DNA from: Thraustochytrium aureum
Lineage: Eukaryota
Direction: 5' to 3'
NCBI GenBank assembly: GCA_012862495.1
Contig: BLSG01000348.1
Location: 8,404-61,743, forward strand
Length of the DNA stretch: 53,340 bases
In this document: positions 1 to 12,800 of the stretch, piece after piece
Layout of the letters: the number at the start of each line of letters is the position of its first letter
Numbering within the stretch: position 1 is the first letter of the stretch
Position numbers and translations under genes: made by a program
The notes under the pieces: generated by a model
What the model was told of the DNA's origin: nothing
The model's database searches: none
Seen by the model: the letters and a program-made list of their open reading frames with translations, nothing else

Positions 1-26
1 TCTACAGCTGGACGCGGTCTACGCTT

Positions 27-48
27 TGATTGATTGATTGATTGATTG
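27..48. repeat. (GATT)n microsatellite
   Basis: About 5 GATT units just downstream of the ferric reductase gene. Confidence 0.9.
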
Positions 49-141
49 AATGACGAGAGTGAGCTGGACCCTGAACGACCCTGTTTGGGCCTGTCCGCCG
101 TCCTGCCGTGGAACTTTGCTCCACCCGGTCCGCGCATCTAG

Positions 142-2779
142 CTAGAGCGCAAAGGTCTCTGCGCGAAAGTCCATTGCACGCCTCGCAGCCGCCACCTGAA
201 CCGCGTCGACAAGGCTTTGCGGGCCGCACGCAAAGGCCGCTGCAAGGGGAGCTGCAGACTGTGGCCAAGCGCGCCTGTGGCCGTCGAGCAACTCGTCCAA
301 AACAAGGTCGACGCTCGGCCGCCCCTGGCGCAGCGTGAGGCCCGAAACCTCCGGCGCGGGCCCATCCTCCAGCTCGCTCTCCCCAAGCGTGGCTTGGGCT
401 TGGCCCTTTCTACTTGTGAGGAAGAGGGAAACACAAAGCCAGGACGGCAAGCCCTCCTCGGTTCGCAGCGCGAGCAAGCGGTCCGCGAATACTTGCAACA
501 GGTTGATGCTTGCAGCAGTCCATACAAAGTGCACAAGCGCGGGCCGCTCCTCGGGCGCCAGCGCCGCCAGCTCGCTCAGCAGCGCAAACATTGGTGTGCA
601 GCCAATGCCGCCGGCAAAGAGCGCAAGCACGTCGCGCCCGATATAGTCGGCGACGAAGGGCACCCCGTAGGGCCCGTCCACGCGCACCAAGCCCACAGTG
701 CCCTCGCGCGCACGTAGGTGCAGCATTTCTGTAAAGTCGCCGCAGGCCCGAACATCAACCCGGACAGCGCCAGGCCACACCGAGCTGAGCGAGAACGGGT
801 GCCACTGAAGCCGAGACACTGAAGGCACATTGAGAAAAACGTACTGGCCCGCAGCGCAGGCGCCAAGCTTGCGCGGTGCAAACACGAGCGAGGTGACGAC
901 CGCCCCCGGCCCACGTGGGCCTTGGTCTCGGCCAGCTCGATCGGCGCTGCGCCGCTGAGGAAGCGCACGACGCGGTCCACGACCCAAAGAAACACGGGCA
1001 AAGCCAGGAAGAACCAGGACGAACTGGCGTGCCAGAGAACGACGACCAAGAGGACCAGGAAGGCGTGGTGGGCGTAGTAGAAGAGCTCAAAGTGCCAGCG
1101 GCGCACAGCGTTGAGAGTGAGCAGGCCAAACACCGGCAGGCCCACAAAAAATCATAAACAGGTTGGCCAGCGGGATCGTCCAGTTGTCTGCGCCCGGGAC
1201 CTGGTACTCGGGGTCGAGACAGGCGAGCCATGAGCACTGGCCCGGCTTGGCGTGAAAGTTGAGCGGAAAGTACATGTTGACCGCGAACGCGTCGTGCGGA
1301 AAGACGCCCTGCTCGGCGAAGACAACCCACCATGCGAGGCCGTGCGCGAGCGTGCAAAGCAAGAATGCGTACGCGCCAAACCGGTGGAGGCCGATCAGGA
1401 CCTCCCACGGCACCTCGTAGAGAAGGACCCACATCGAGTTGCGCGTAGCAGGGAGAAGTAGCATTCCTAAGAGCATATTTCCGAGCTGTCCGAGCGTGCG
1501 CGCGAGCTTTTCGGCCGTCGAGGGAGGCTTGACCCACGGAAGCGTCTGCGGCCAGTAGCTGTGCCAGTTGTGGTCTACATACCAGTGCCACACAAAGAGG
1601 CTCACGGCAGCCGAGACGAGGGCAGCAAGGCTCACTTGAAGGGCCGACGGAGCGAGCCAGGCGCCCCCCGGGGCCCACCATGCACCTCTTGTGCAGCATT
1701 GCCCGGACGCGCCACGAGGTGGCGCTGAGGCCGCCCACCAAAACGAGGGCCTGCAATAGTCCGTAAAAGATGAGCACGTCCGGGTACAGCTTGGCAATGA
1801 CGCGGTGACTGTTTTGCCTTTCCTCGCGGAGGAGGAATGCCGAGGTGCGGAACGATGCGCCGGGAAGCTCTGGGCACGTGACGCGCTGGAATGGGAAGAG
1901 CGGCGGGGCCGAGCTCGTGGCGGCCGCAAGGTGGCACTCTCGTGCCGTGGAGGCTACGTCCATGGACGCCACGGTTGCCACCTTGGTCCGGGTCATCTGC
2001 AGCCACGAGGACGGGAGCAGCGCTGTGAGGGCCACGAAGGCGGCAGGAAGCGTCGCTCCCGCCAACAGCGCGAGGGCAACTTTGCGCCGCTGCCGGCGGC
2101 GCTGTCCTGTCGAGTAGGCGAGTCGCGCGACGGGCACGTCGGCAAAGCCAAGTAGCGGCTCGTGGCCGCCCCCGTCGTCTCTCGGCGCAATCTCTCCGAA
2201 CTCGGCTGCGGATCGGCGCTGGGCGTCGCTCTCCTCGGCGACAAGCGCCAGTGCTAGCAACAAGCTGAGCAGGGCAAGCAGCGTGCAGACCAGCACGCAG
2301 ACCAGGCCCAGCGTGGGCAGAAACCCGTTCGGAAGGTCCGTCTCTTTCTCGAGAAGCGAGTTGGATGTAAACGCGCAGCCTGCGCCGGCGCAGTCGAGCA
2401 GGATGCGGCCGTTCCAGTCGTCGTACGCGAGCGCCGCGAGCGCCACGAAGGCGGCTGTCCATGCGACTAGCAAGCAGAAACGCGCGATCCGAGGCAAGCT
2501 GTACGCCGCAAAGGTCTCGCCAATCCCGAGCGTGGCCGGGACGACGCTGAGCGGCAAGCACACGCAGGCGAGGGCAGCGCCCCAAAAACTCGTTCGCGCT
2601 GTAGCCCCCCGAGAAACCCCGAGTCCGGGCGCTAGCGCAGGCAGCCCAGTTTTGACAAATCCGCTCTCCGCGAAGACGTTGACGCCATGCACGCCCAGGC
2701 CAACGAGCGCGGCGAAGGCTGCGCCATCGAGCAGGAGGGCCGCGGCTTGCCCCTTGGCGGCTTGCTGCCGCGCTCCCAT
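142..2779 (-). CDS. Ferric reductase / NADPH oxidase-like flavocytochrome (FRE/FRO family) with an extra N-terminal multi-pass membrane region; split by 3 apparent frameshifts
   Basis: Stitched from ORFs 755..2779, 1087..1929, 576..1145 and 142..987. Heme His pairs in LHRFGAYAFLLCTLAH and YYAHHAFLVLLVVVLWH. FAD motif GQYVFL...QWHPFS. NADPH motifs VDGPYG, AGGIG, FACGP and terminal ETFAL. Shifts near ~1665 (C/G run), ~1148 (A run) and ~905 (C run). Confidence 0.92.
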
Positions 2780-3486
2780 TCCGGTGAAGCTGAGAGCGCA
2801 ACTCTAGCTAGCTAGAGAGAGACCCGCACGACCCGAACACCCGGCTCTAGGGCCAGCCGGTTTTTGCCGCAGCGCGTGCCGCCGCGAAGCGACAGGCTCT
2901 CCCGCGGGGCTCTCGCTGCTGTCGCTCGCTCGGGAGCTGAGCCAGCCTATGCTCGACGCCCGGGACCGCTCTGGTTTTCAAGACTGCTCGCGGCTTCGTG
3001 ATGTACGAAAACAAGTCGGGCAAGAACAATTCTAAAGGTGATGATGGACATCGACGCGCCACCACTGGCGACAGGCGTCCCGCGCCGCCCGCCCGGGCCG
3101 AGTTCGTCAGGGCGCAAGACTCGCAAGTGTAAAGGGAACGCGACTTTGGTTTGGCCATTACATACGGTACCGCAAGAAAGCAGGGCAAGCGGGGACCTCC
3201 GCGGACCTCGACGCCTCGCTCTGCGGCGCCGCCCTCGCCGCCGCCGGATGCCCTCAGGAAGAACGAAAGGTAGGCCTATTCATCACGCTGTCGCCGTCCC
3301 GGTGCGAGGGACCTGACCCGGCCGCGAAGAATGGCACCAACAGAAGGGAAAAGGCACCACACGCCATTCCTGCTCGAGCGCGCCGGTAAGAAGATGACGG
3401 CCAGACGCGCCTGGCAGATGACGCCGTGCCTCGTGATTCGTTGAAACCAATGCACAGCCCAGACTCAGATTCGGAAGGGCACAGGT

Positions 3487-4191
3487 TTACAGGAGAAGGG
3501 CAGCGGCCGCGGCAGCGACGGTGGCGAAGAGGCCCGCCATGGTCGTGCCCGCAGCGTTGGGGTTGAAGTCAATCGGAACGTTCTTGGGCGGCGGGGTGGT
3601 CGGTGAAGTGGGGGCGCCAGTGATCGTCGAAAGGTCGACAAGGTTGAGCGCAACGTTGGCGAGCTGGCCGTCGTGCTGCTCGGTGGCTGAGTTGGCACCG
3701 CCGTTGGTTTCCGAAGACTTGCCGTAAGCGCAGTACGCAGACAGGGCGCCGCCAGTGGTGGGAAAGTTAAAGTCTGCTCCGGTGATGCCGCGCTTCATGA
3801 TGACCGTGCGGTAGCCGTCTTCCTCGCTATGGCTGAGAAGCTCGGCCGCACTGGGGTCCTTCTTGGTGCCGGCGGTGGTCGCAGTGAGCTCGACGCGCTC
3901 GCTGACCTCGCCCTTGGCGTTGTTGGCAGTTGTGCCCTCCCAGAGCATCGCGTATGAACCTGGGCCCTTGGTGCCGGTGCCAAATCCGATGCCAACCCAG
4001 CCGACGCCAATAGGCATGGAAAGGGTGACCTCGGCGTCGTTGGCAACGCCGTTGTCGACCTGGACCTTGACGTTGATCGTGAAACCGTCGGCCTCGAGGC
4101 CGTCGCCCTTGCACTCGAACTCGCTTTGGAAGACCGCAGCGGAGGCTTGCTGGGCCGCAAGGAGGACCACGAGGGCAGAGGTAGACTTCAT
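3487..4191 (-). CDS. Secreted, probably GPI-anchored DOMON-domain protein
   Basis: Signal peptide MKSTSALVVLLAAQQASA, DOMON-like GWVGIGFG and RTVIMKR strands, late His (EQHDG), T/P-rich linker, hydrophobic C-terminus with no cytosolic tail. Confidence 0.75.
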   Translation of the reverse strand: MKSTSALVVLLAAQQASAAVFQSEFECKGDGLEADGFTINVKVQVDNGVANDAEVTLSMPIGVGWVGIGFGTGTKGPGSYAMLWEGTTANNAKGEVSERVELTATTAGTKKDPSAAELLSHSEEDGYRTVIMKRGITGADFNFPTTGGALSAYCAYGKSSETNGGANSATEQHDGQLANVALNLVDLSTITGAPTSPTTPPPKNVPIDFNPNAAGTTMAGLFATVAAAAAALLL

Positions 4192-6077
4192 GGTTGCTTG
4201 CTGAGTTGGCTGCGCGCGTGCTGCTCCTGCTAGTGCTCGAAGCGGCCTGTTGACTAGCACGAATCGGAAGATGCCAGCTCTTGCACGATTGGGGTTTGGC
4301 GGAGCCCGAATATCGTCGCGCCCGCGTCAACAGCAAGGACTGTGGTCAAATGCGGCGAGCGCCCAATCCTGACTCGGCCTGTTACCTCACCTCGCAGCGC
4401 AGAGGAGAGAGAATTCATGAATTAGGTATTTTCTCAAACAAAAAATGTTTTTCTGTGCTGCAGCTCTGGCCAGAACGAGAGCGAGCGAGCGCCGAGCCGC
4501 TCGCACACAGTAGGCGGCCGGGCGAGTTGGTCTGCCGCCTGCCTCCTCAGGATGCTCGTTGTTGCGTTGGAGCCAACGCGTCTGCCACCTCGCTGCCTCC
4601 TTGAGCAGCACCAAGCAGGTCCTCCGGGCAGGCGGGCGCCCGCAGTCTATTTTTGTGAGGAGCTGCTAGCCAATTCGCCCACACACGCGGCGCCTCACCT
4701 CGCTGCTCTACATACACATCTCGTGCGGCAAAAGTGGACCCGTGCTCGCTCGAGTCTCGCACCTATCCCACCAGCTCAAGGCGTCCTGTTCACCGGCAGC
4801 CGAGCAGCGCGCTCAGCGCGGCCTTGCTCTTTGCGAAGAGTTTGCTCGCTCGCACTCGCTCACCGACTCGGAGAGGATGATGAGGATTCCTGCTGCTGGA
4901 CAAGCAGCAACGCTCTCCCTCCGCTCGCTCGCTCAGCACAGCAGCCCAGTGGTCGTCGTGGTGGTCGTCGTGCAAGACCAACTAGCTCTTCATCACCAGG
5001 TCAACAACATGGGCGCGCGCCCCGTGGCACGGGTTGAATGCCGGATCACCTCGGAGGAACACCAGACTCGAATCAACCGCGATTGACGCCAGCGCCTCGC
5101 CAGAGAAGCCGGGAAAACGTGCCGTGGGGAGGCGCACGCCACCCCGCTCCAATGCCACAACGCTCGCTTGCAGTGCATCAATCACAGTTCAGGCTCACTG
5201 GTGAAGAAGACCTGGATTCTGCAGGTTGGCATGGCATCATGGGGTTTGCACAAAGGCGGATCCAACACCAATTTGCACTCGGCGAGCTGTCGACCGTGAG
5301 GTGCACACCAATCGTGGAGGCGAAGGCAAGAACAAGAAAAGTGGTCTTGCGTCACGGGGTGCACCAGGGCTGTGATGTGTGGTCGTTTTCGCGTGTCATT
5401 TCGCCGATGAACCACGGTTTGTCGCAAGCTGGTCCAGGCCACGAGCCCAATTCGCATCCACGCCGAAAAAAAATCGAGAGGCCAACAACGCCAATCTCCT
5501 CGCCAAAGTAGGCGACTTGGCTCCAGCTCGAGGCAGGCGCGTGGCTCCGGCTCGAAGCCGTTCGAGTCCGGCTGCTTCGTGCAATCGAATCACACTTCAA
5601 CGTGCTCCAACACAGTCCTGCTCGGCTACGCTATTACTCGAAGGCGCTCGAAGGGGCCCTCCGTCGTCNNNNNNNNNNNNNNNNNNNNNNNNNNNNNNNN
5701 NNNNNNNNNNNNNNNNNNNNNNNNNNNNNNNNNNNNNNNNNNNNNNNNNNNNNNNNNNNNNNNNNNNNNNNNNNNNNNNNNNNNNNNNNNNNNNNNNNNN
5801 NNNNNNNNNNNNNNNNNNNNNNNNNNNNNNNNNNNNNNNNNNNNNNNNNNNNNNNNNNNNNNNNNNNNNNNNNNNNNNNNNNNNNNNNNNNNNNNNNNNN
5901 NNNNNNNNNNNNNNNNNNNNNNNNNNNNNNNNNNNNNNNNNNNNNNNNNNNNNNNNNNNNNNNNNNNNNNNNNNAACCAACTGGCGATCACCGAGTTGTT
6001 CGGCGCGAGGAGCACCACCATGCAAGGCCTGGGCAGCGAGCAGCGCAGGCCCCGAGGCGCTGGCTCCCGAGAGGAAA

Positions 6078-7162
6078 ATGTCGGTCAGGCGGGCCAAGGC
6101 AGGCCCTGTCGTGGAGCTGCTCACCACACTTGTCCAGCATGGACTGCCCTTTCAAGTGTGCGAGACGTCGGGCGTCGGCGGCGGACGCGGCCTCTTTGCG
6201 ACGAGGAAACTGGCCAAGGGCGAGCCCGTAGGGCCGATCAGGCCGCTGGCCAGCGCCATTACTGATAGCAAGGCCTTGCTAGCGCGGCCCATGATTGAGT
6301 TTGCTGCCAGCCGCGGCAAACGCCGCCACGGGCGCGCGCCACCGCGGGTCGTGCCTCCATACGCCTGCATGTCCTGCTTCGCGCACCGCGCCCCGCTGCC
6401 AGACTGTGCGACGTGCAGGAGCCAGAACACCGCGCGGAGGTAGAGCGGCTCGATCGCCTGCTTGCCACGCATGTGCAAGTGCTGGCCAACGAGCAGGTTC
6501 AGCCAACAGCATTTACCCTGCTTGGGGAACAGGTCATGCTGCGCATCGCAGACGAGTGGCTGAGCGGCAACCTCGTCAATACGATGGTCCTCATGTGCAA
6601 CCTGGTGGCCCCCGAACTTGGCGACGTGACGCGCAACGAGGAGTTTGGCATGGTCTGGCTTGGCTCGCAAACGCGCATCAACATGGCGCTCAGGCGCGCC
6701 GGCTATGGGAATGCGGGCACGCATACCATCGGTGAGGCTTTTGCGCTCCTCGCCGCCAACCAGGCCGACGACGCTGTCGCCGCGGAGCTAGAGCAGCGCA
6801 TTGCTACGAGGTCCTTTACGCGCGAGGACGGCGAGCGCCACGCTCGGGAGCTCTTCATTCGGGCTGCAAGCGCGATCCACCTCAACGCGCTAGGCGGGCC
6901 AGAGACCTGCGCCATTTACCCGGCCGTGTCGCTGATCAACCACGCGTGCGTTCCAAGCGCGGGCGTCTTTTTTCAGGGCGCGGCGGTCTACATCGTCCCA
7001 GACCGCGACCTGGACGAGGGCGAGGAGATCACCATCCACTACGCCGAGACCCTCAACTTTCCCACCAACAAGCAACTGCAGCGGTACCTGTCGCACAACT
7101 ACGGGTTTGAGTGCCCTGTGGACTGCGACTGCGGGGTGCAGCGCGGCGCAGTGGAAACCTAG
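6078..7162 (+). CDS. SET-domain lysine methyltransferase, SMYD-like; one frameshift ~6425
   Basis: N-SET GRGLFATRKLAKGE, CMSC...CATC (MYND-like remnant), YPAVSLINHACVP, EGEEITIHY, post-SET YGFECPVDCDC. The true start could lie further upstream in the gap. Confidence 0.88.
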
Positions 7163-7791
7163 CAAGAACTGCGCCGGTCGAGGCGGGCGAGTCGAGATGG
7201 GCCAGGTCGAGGAGGACCGAGTGGACGAGGGCTGGTTGGGTGAAAGAAGGCCCATGCTGAGGCCGTTGAGTGTCGACGGGGACCTCGGCTGGCTGGTCGC
7301 AGCAGCTGCGCTTGCGCCACGGCCTTGCTTTCGCTGAGCGCCCATTTCGGTGCAGAAAACAGAAGGACGACTGACCGGAGACTGACCGGGGCGGCGAAAC
7401 GGTACGTAGAGTACTCGAGTGAAGTACCGGAGAGCACCGAGGCTCAGATGCCTGCATCGAAGACGGCGGCGCCGCGATCAAGCGCTGCCTGCGCAAACGC
7501 AAAAAGGGGGTCCAGGAAACTTTAGCTTGGTTTCNNNNNNNNNNNNNNNNNNNNNNNNNNNNNNNNNNNNNNNNNNNNNNNNNNNNNNNNNNNNNNNNNN
7601 NNNNNNNNNNNNNNNNNNNNNNNNNNNNNNNNNNNNNCTATTGGTTTCGCTAATGCTGCGGCAAAACAAAACCCTATCCTCCCATTCTACAACTTCCTCC
7701 GGCGCTCCGACTCCACCGTGAGCGGTACCCCAGGGATTCCCTGCAAAACGCGAGCAGAGCGCGATCGCACCGTGTGCTCAGCGGAGCCGCC

Positions 7792-8649
7792 ATGGCTGCT
7801 GAGGAGGGAGTGCTGGCCTGGCCAGCCGTCGCGGCCCGCGTCGAGGCCTTCCTGAACGAGCGGCAACTTGTGTTGGACGGCGTGCCACTCGGCGACGACC
7901 GCAAGCCGCTGAGCGTCGCCAATGCAACGCGCGAGCTGCAAGCTGTGCTAGAGGCGTTTCGCGGCGCAGGCGAGCCTGGCAAGGAGGCCCCGCCAAAGTG
8001 GAAGCGGACGTATGACAAGGACGGAGCGCGGGTGTTCTGCGGGCGCTTTGGGGCCAACCCAGTCGGCACTGCGGTGTCGACGACGACGGTGAACTGCAGC
8101 ATGCGCAACTTTGGGGTGTTTGCCAACCACGCTCGGACTGGGGACGCCGCCAAGCTGTGGGACCCCACCTTTACTCACTTCGAATCTCTTGCCGAGTTTG
8201 CACTCTACGATGGCGAACCCGCAGGGGATCCGTCCGCCACTGGACGGCTTGTGCGCTGGTGTGTCAAGTCGTCGCCTCTCGCCTCGCGCGAGCTGGTGTA
8301 CCTGATGATCCCCTTGAGGCATGGCGTCGGCGCTGTCTCACGCGTTACCTATCTGTACCTCAGCGTACGACAGGCGAAAGGTGCTGAAACGTCGCGAGGT
8401 TTTGTGCGAGGCAGACTTTTGTTTCCTTGTTTCGACGACGTGGAGGAAGTAAACGCTGGGAAGGACTCGCTCCGGCTTTTCCACTTTGTGACTTGCCATC
8501 TGCGAGGCTGGGTGCCGAACGCGCTGCACCGCTCGTTCGTGGACCCGGCTGTCGTTCGCCACACGCAGGAAGAGGTTCATGCAATCAAAGCTGTGCTGCA
8601 GAACTCCGCGTTCGAGGCGATTTGCGGCGAAGCTTTGTCGTCCGGCTAG
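7792..8649 (+). CDS. START/SRPBCC lipid-binding domain protein
   Basis: Intact ORF with START-like pattern: WKRTYDKDGARVF, WDPTF, SPLASRELVY, GFVRG, LRGWVP, C-terminal helix. Confidence 0.75.
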   Translation: MAAEEGVLAWPAVAARVEAFLNERQLVLDGVPLGDDRKPLSVANATRELQAVLEAFRGAGEPGKEAPPKWKRTYDKDGARVFCGRFGANPVGTAVSTTTVNCSMRNFGVFANHARTGDAAKLWDPTFTHFESLAEFALYDGEPAGDPSATGRLVRWCVKSSPLASRELVYLMIPLRHGVGAVSRVTYLYLSVRQAKGAETSRGFVRGRLLFPCFDDVEEVNAGKDSLRLFHFVTCHLRGWVPNALHRSFVDPAVVRHTQEEVHAIKAVLQNSAFEAICGEALSSG

Positions 8650-9870
8650 TTGCTTGGCGTCCAGCGGGTTCCGGGCATCCCATGAACTAGCTCGTCCGGG
8701 TTGCTAAAAGCGAAAGTGAGGCGACTTCGCTCTATTCCTAGTTGCCTCAGCGCGCCGCCGTCGCCCCGGTTGCCGCAAAGCGGAGCAACGTGAGCACTCC
8801 CCTTCGGTTCAGCCCTGACTGCCTCGCATGTAATTTCGCAGGTACCCCACCAGCACGCGAACACACCCGATTGGTGCGGAGCGTCATCAGCTTCGCCACG
8901 CATCTGTGGCAGGCCGTCTCGCGCAAGCTGGTCGAACCACGGGGTCAAAACCAAGGCGCTTCACGAGCTTTGCTCGTGCTCACTCACTCCCGCCAACAAC
9001 ACGTTGCGTTGTGCAATTTGCCTCGGNNNNNNNNNNNNNNNNNNNNNNNNNNNNNNNNNNNNNNNNNNNNNNNNNNNNNNNNNNNNNNNNNNNNNNNNNN
9101 NNNNNNNNNNNNNNNNNNNNNNNNNNNNNNNNNNNNNNNNNNNNNNNNNNNNNNNNNNNNNNNNNNNNNNNNNNNNNNNNNNNNNNNNNNNNNNNNNNNN
9201 NNNNNNNNNNNNNNNNNNNNNNNNNNNNNNNNNNNNNNNNNNNNNNNNNNNNNNNNNNNNNNNNNNNNNNNNNNNNNNNNNNNNNNNNNNNNNNNNNNNN
9301 NNNNNNNNNNNNNNNNNNNNNNNNNNNNNNNNNNNNNNNNNNNNNNNNNNNNNNNNNNNNNNNNNNNNNNNNNNNNNNNNNNNNNNNNNNNNNNNNNNNN
9401 NNNNNNNNNNNNNNNNNNNNNNNNNNNNNNNNNNNNNNNNNNNNNNNNNNNNNNNNNNNNNNNNNNNNNNNNNNNNNNNNNNNNNNNNNNNNNNNNNNGT
9501 CTCAGCCCCGCCGAGCCTTTCCATGCAGCGTGTCGTTGCCTTCGCACCCACCGTGAAGCCCGCATACACTCACTACCAATGCCCACGTCTCTCTAGCTAG
9601 CTAGAGACCCCAAAAGGGCCCTGGTCCCACACGAAAGCAGTCGCCGTTCCCACTCGGGAACCCCGCCGCCAGTCACGCAAGTTTGGGAACCACAGCGAGT
9701 GCGTGGGCGTATCAGGTGTGGTTCCCGCATTGGGAACGCATCGTTTTTGACGGGCGCGGCAGACGCGGCAGAACCGCAACGCACGCGGGCAAGAGAGGGA
9801 GGGAGGGAGGGAGAGAGCTGTCGTCGCCGTGCTGGTGGGCGCGCGACCGATAGGCGGCCCTGGCATCGAG

Positions 9871-12800
9871 ATGGCGGAGCAGAGTTGCCGCGTGCAGGTG
9901 CCGGATGACGCACTGGCCTGCCTCCCGAGGGAGCTGAACGCGATGCAGCGGGTGTGCAGCCCGATGGTGCTTGGCACGGATGGATCGTTTGTGCTCTCGG
10001 CACCGACAGGCGCTGGCAAGACGTGGGTGCTGGCGATGGCTATGCTTCGTAAGTGAGGCAGGCCGCTCGACAGCTTGGTGAGATGCGTGCGCGGTTTGGT
10101 CGGCTTGCGCTGACCGCCCCGCCGAAGGCTGCTGCCGCGCCCTGCGACGAAAGTCGATCTACGTCTGCCCGACAAAGGCCCTCTGTCGGCAGCAAGTGGA
10201 TGACTGGACCGCATTGTTCAGGTGAGTGAGCCAGGCAAGACAGCCTGCTGGCAGGACCGCGCTTGAGCAACACCGCACTCACCTCGCAGCAACCACACGC
10301 AGCAAAACGGGGTTGAAGTGCTTTGTTTTAACTGGGGACGAAGGCACCGTCAGGGAGGCGAAAGGCTCCGACGTCCTGTTCACAACCCCCGAGAAACTCG
10401 ACGTTCTAACAAGGCGCTGGGCCCTGCACCGCGAGTTTTTCGGCGCGCTCGGGCTCGTCATGATCGACGAAGTCCACCTGCTCGGAGAAGGCCGGCGAGG
10501 CGCCGTCCTCGAGGTCGTCGTCTCTCGGCTTCGGTTCATCGAAACGCAGCTCGCATCGGCGATACGCATGGCGGCCGTCTCGGCCACCGTGCCAAACCTT
10601 GCAGCGCTCGGAGCCTGGATCGGAGCCGAGGTACCCGCTGGAGTACTCTCCTTCGGGCCCGAGTTCCGCCCATGCCCTCTCAGCACAGTTGTTCTGGGAT
10701 TTGGGAGGCACGAGAGCAACGACGGCCCAGGCGCGCGCAGCTCGTTCATGTTTGACCGCGACCTGAACGCCGCTGTTGGCGGCGTAATCAGCGAGTATTG
10801 CGAAGGGAAGCCGAGCCTCGTGTTTTGCACGAGCAGGAAAAACGCGCGCGAGCTGGCCGAAAACCTCGCGCTTCAAGGCCTCGGGAACCAGCTCGAGCTG
10901 AACAGCTCGCAGGTCGCCCGCCGTCGCGCGCTAGCTGCGCAGGTGCAAGCCGACGAGGCGCTGCGGCGCAGCATGCTGGACGACGGCGTCGCATGGCACA
11001 CTGCCGCTGTCCCTCCGCACAACCTGCGCCTCGTGGAAGCCGCCTTTCGCGAGGGCCTGCTTGGCGTCCTCACGGCCACCACAACGCTGGCTCAAGGCGT
11101 CAACCTTCCGGCACGGCTCGTCGTCGTCAAGAACACGCAAGCCTACCGCGGGGCGGGGCGCGGCATGGAGGATATCAGCCCCACGACCCTTCTGCAGATG
11201 ATCGGCCGGGCAGGGCGCGTGGGGTACGACGACCGCGGCGTCGCCGTCATTATGACTCGCAGCGGGCACGAAGGGCGCTTCCAGGCGCTCCTGGAGGGCC
11301 TCGAGCCTGTTCGAAGCGGCCTGCTGCAGGAGATCCGCGAGGTCTTGGTGAACGAGATTGTCGTCGGCTCGATTCGGTCCACCGCAGACGCCTTTCGCTG
11401 GCTCGACACAACGTTTCTCATGCGATGCGCAAGTGCACACGCGTCCTTGGAGGCCCGCAGAGCGGCCCGCGAGAGGGCCCGCTGCAGCCTGTTGGCGGCG
11501 CTCAAGGCAGTTCGAGCTGCAGGGTGCGCCGAGACTGGGGCAGATGGGAACCTAGCCGCCACGCCGCTAGGCACGCTCGTGTGCCAGCAGTACCTGCGCC
11601 TCGAGACGGCCATGTCTTTCAAGCAAGCCGCGAACGAGATGGACCATGCTGAGCTCCCCGCAGCCGCGTTCGCTGACGAAGACACGGGGATTCGAACGGT
11701 GCTGACGGCGTTGAGCAAGGCTCAAGAGTTCTCCGACATGGTGCTTCGGCGCGACCAAAAGCGGTGGCTCAATCTCGTCGCCTGGGAGCTTGGCCGATTC
11801 AAGCTGCGCAAGAACAAGGACCGCGTTGCGAGCGTCTCGGACAAGGTCTTTCAAATGTTCCAGGCCATGCTGGGCGGTGTGCCCGCACCCGATCAGTCCC
11901 TCAGGCTCGAGCTCGGGTCGCTGGCCGTTGAGGCGCCGCGCCTTGCTCGGTCTCTGCTCGTCTTGCTCCGCGACCACCTCGCAAGCGGGCTCGCAGTACC
12001 TGCGCAAATTGTGTTGCGGAGCTTGGAGTCGCGGACGTGGTCTGGCGCCGGCGAGCTCTTGCAGCTTGAACAGTTTGGCCCAAAGGCTGTCCGCCGCCTC
12101 CGGGAGATGGGCGTTCGAACGCTCCCCGAGTTCCTCGGCATGGCGCAGCGCCAACTCGAGACGCTGCAGGCCGAGCTGGGCCGAGCCCGCGTCGTCAAAG
12201 CGCTTGCGCATGCGCGCCTCATCGACGCAAACCGGGTTCACTTGCGCGTGAACGTAAGCGGGTCGGCTGCGCAGCGGGTCGCCGCGGTGCACCTCGATAC
12301 TGCCAGCGCAAGGGGCGCCGAGAGCTCTGGGGTTCCGGGGTTTCTCCTCTACGCTGTCGTTGGGACCGATCTCGTGCACACCGCCTACGTGCGGCCTGGC
12401 GAGATCTGCTCCCTGCCCCTGGACGCCGACCACGACGCGAGCAAGCTCGTTGTGTACGCGCTTCACCCGAAATTCCACGGCATCGACGCCCAGTTTCCCC
12501 CTGGGCAGGGCCAGGTGACGGTCCCCGAAATTCCCGCAGCCGTTGCGTCGAGTCGCGAGCAAGGACTTCGCCCCGGAGTCCGGGAAGATTCCATCTTGGC
12601 GCGTGCGGTGCGCGGGGTTCCTTCAGAGGTGACTTACGCGGGAACCTCCACCTCGGTCCTCAGCGGCGGGGGGCGCGCGGCGCACCTGATAACGCGCAAG
12701 CGCACCAGCCATCAACTACGTCGCGCGAGACCAAACGTGTGCTGCCCCGCAACCAGGCTGTGCTTCCGAGCTACTTTTCCTCGCGGGCCAAAAGCGCCAG

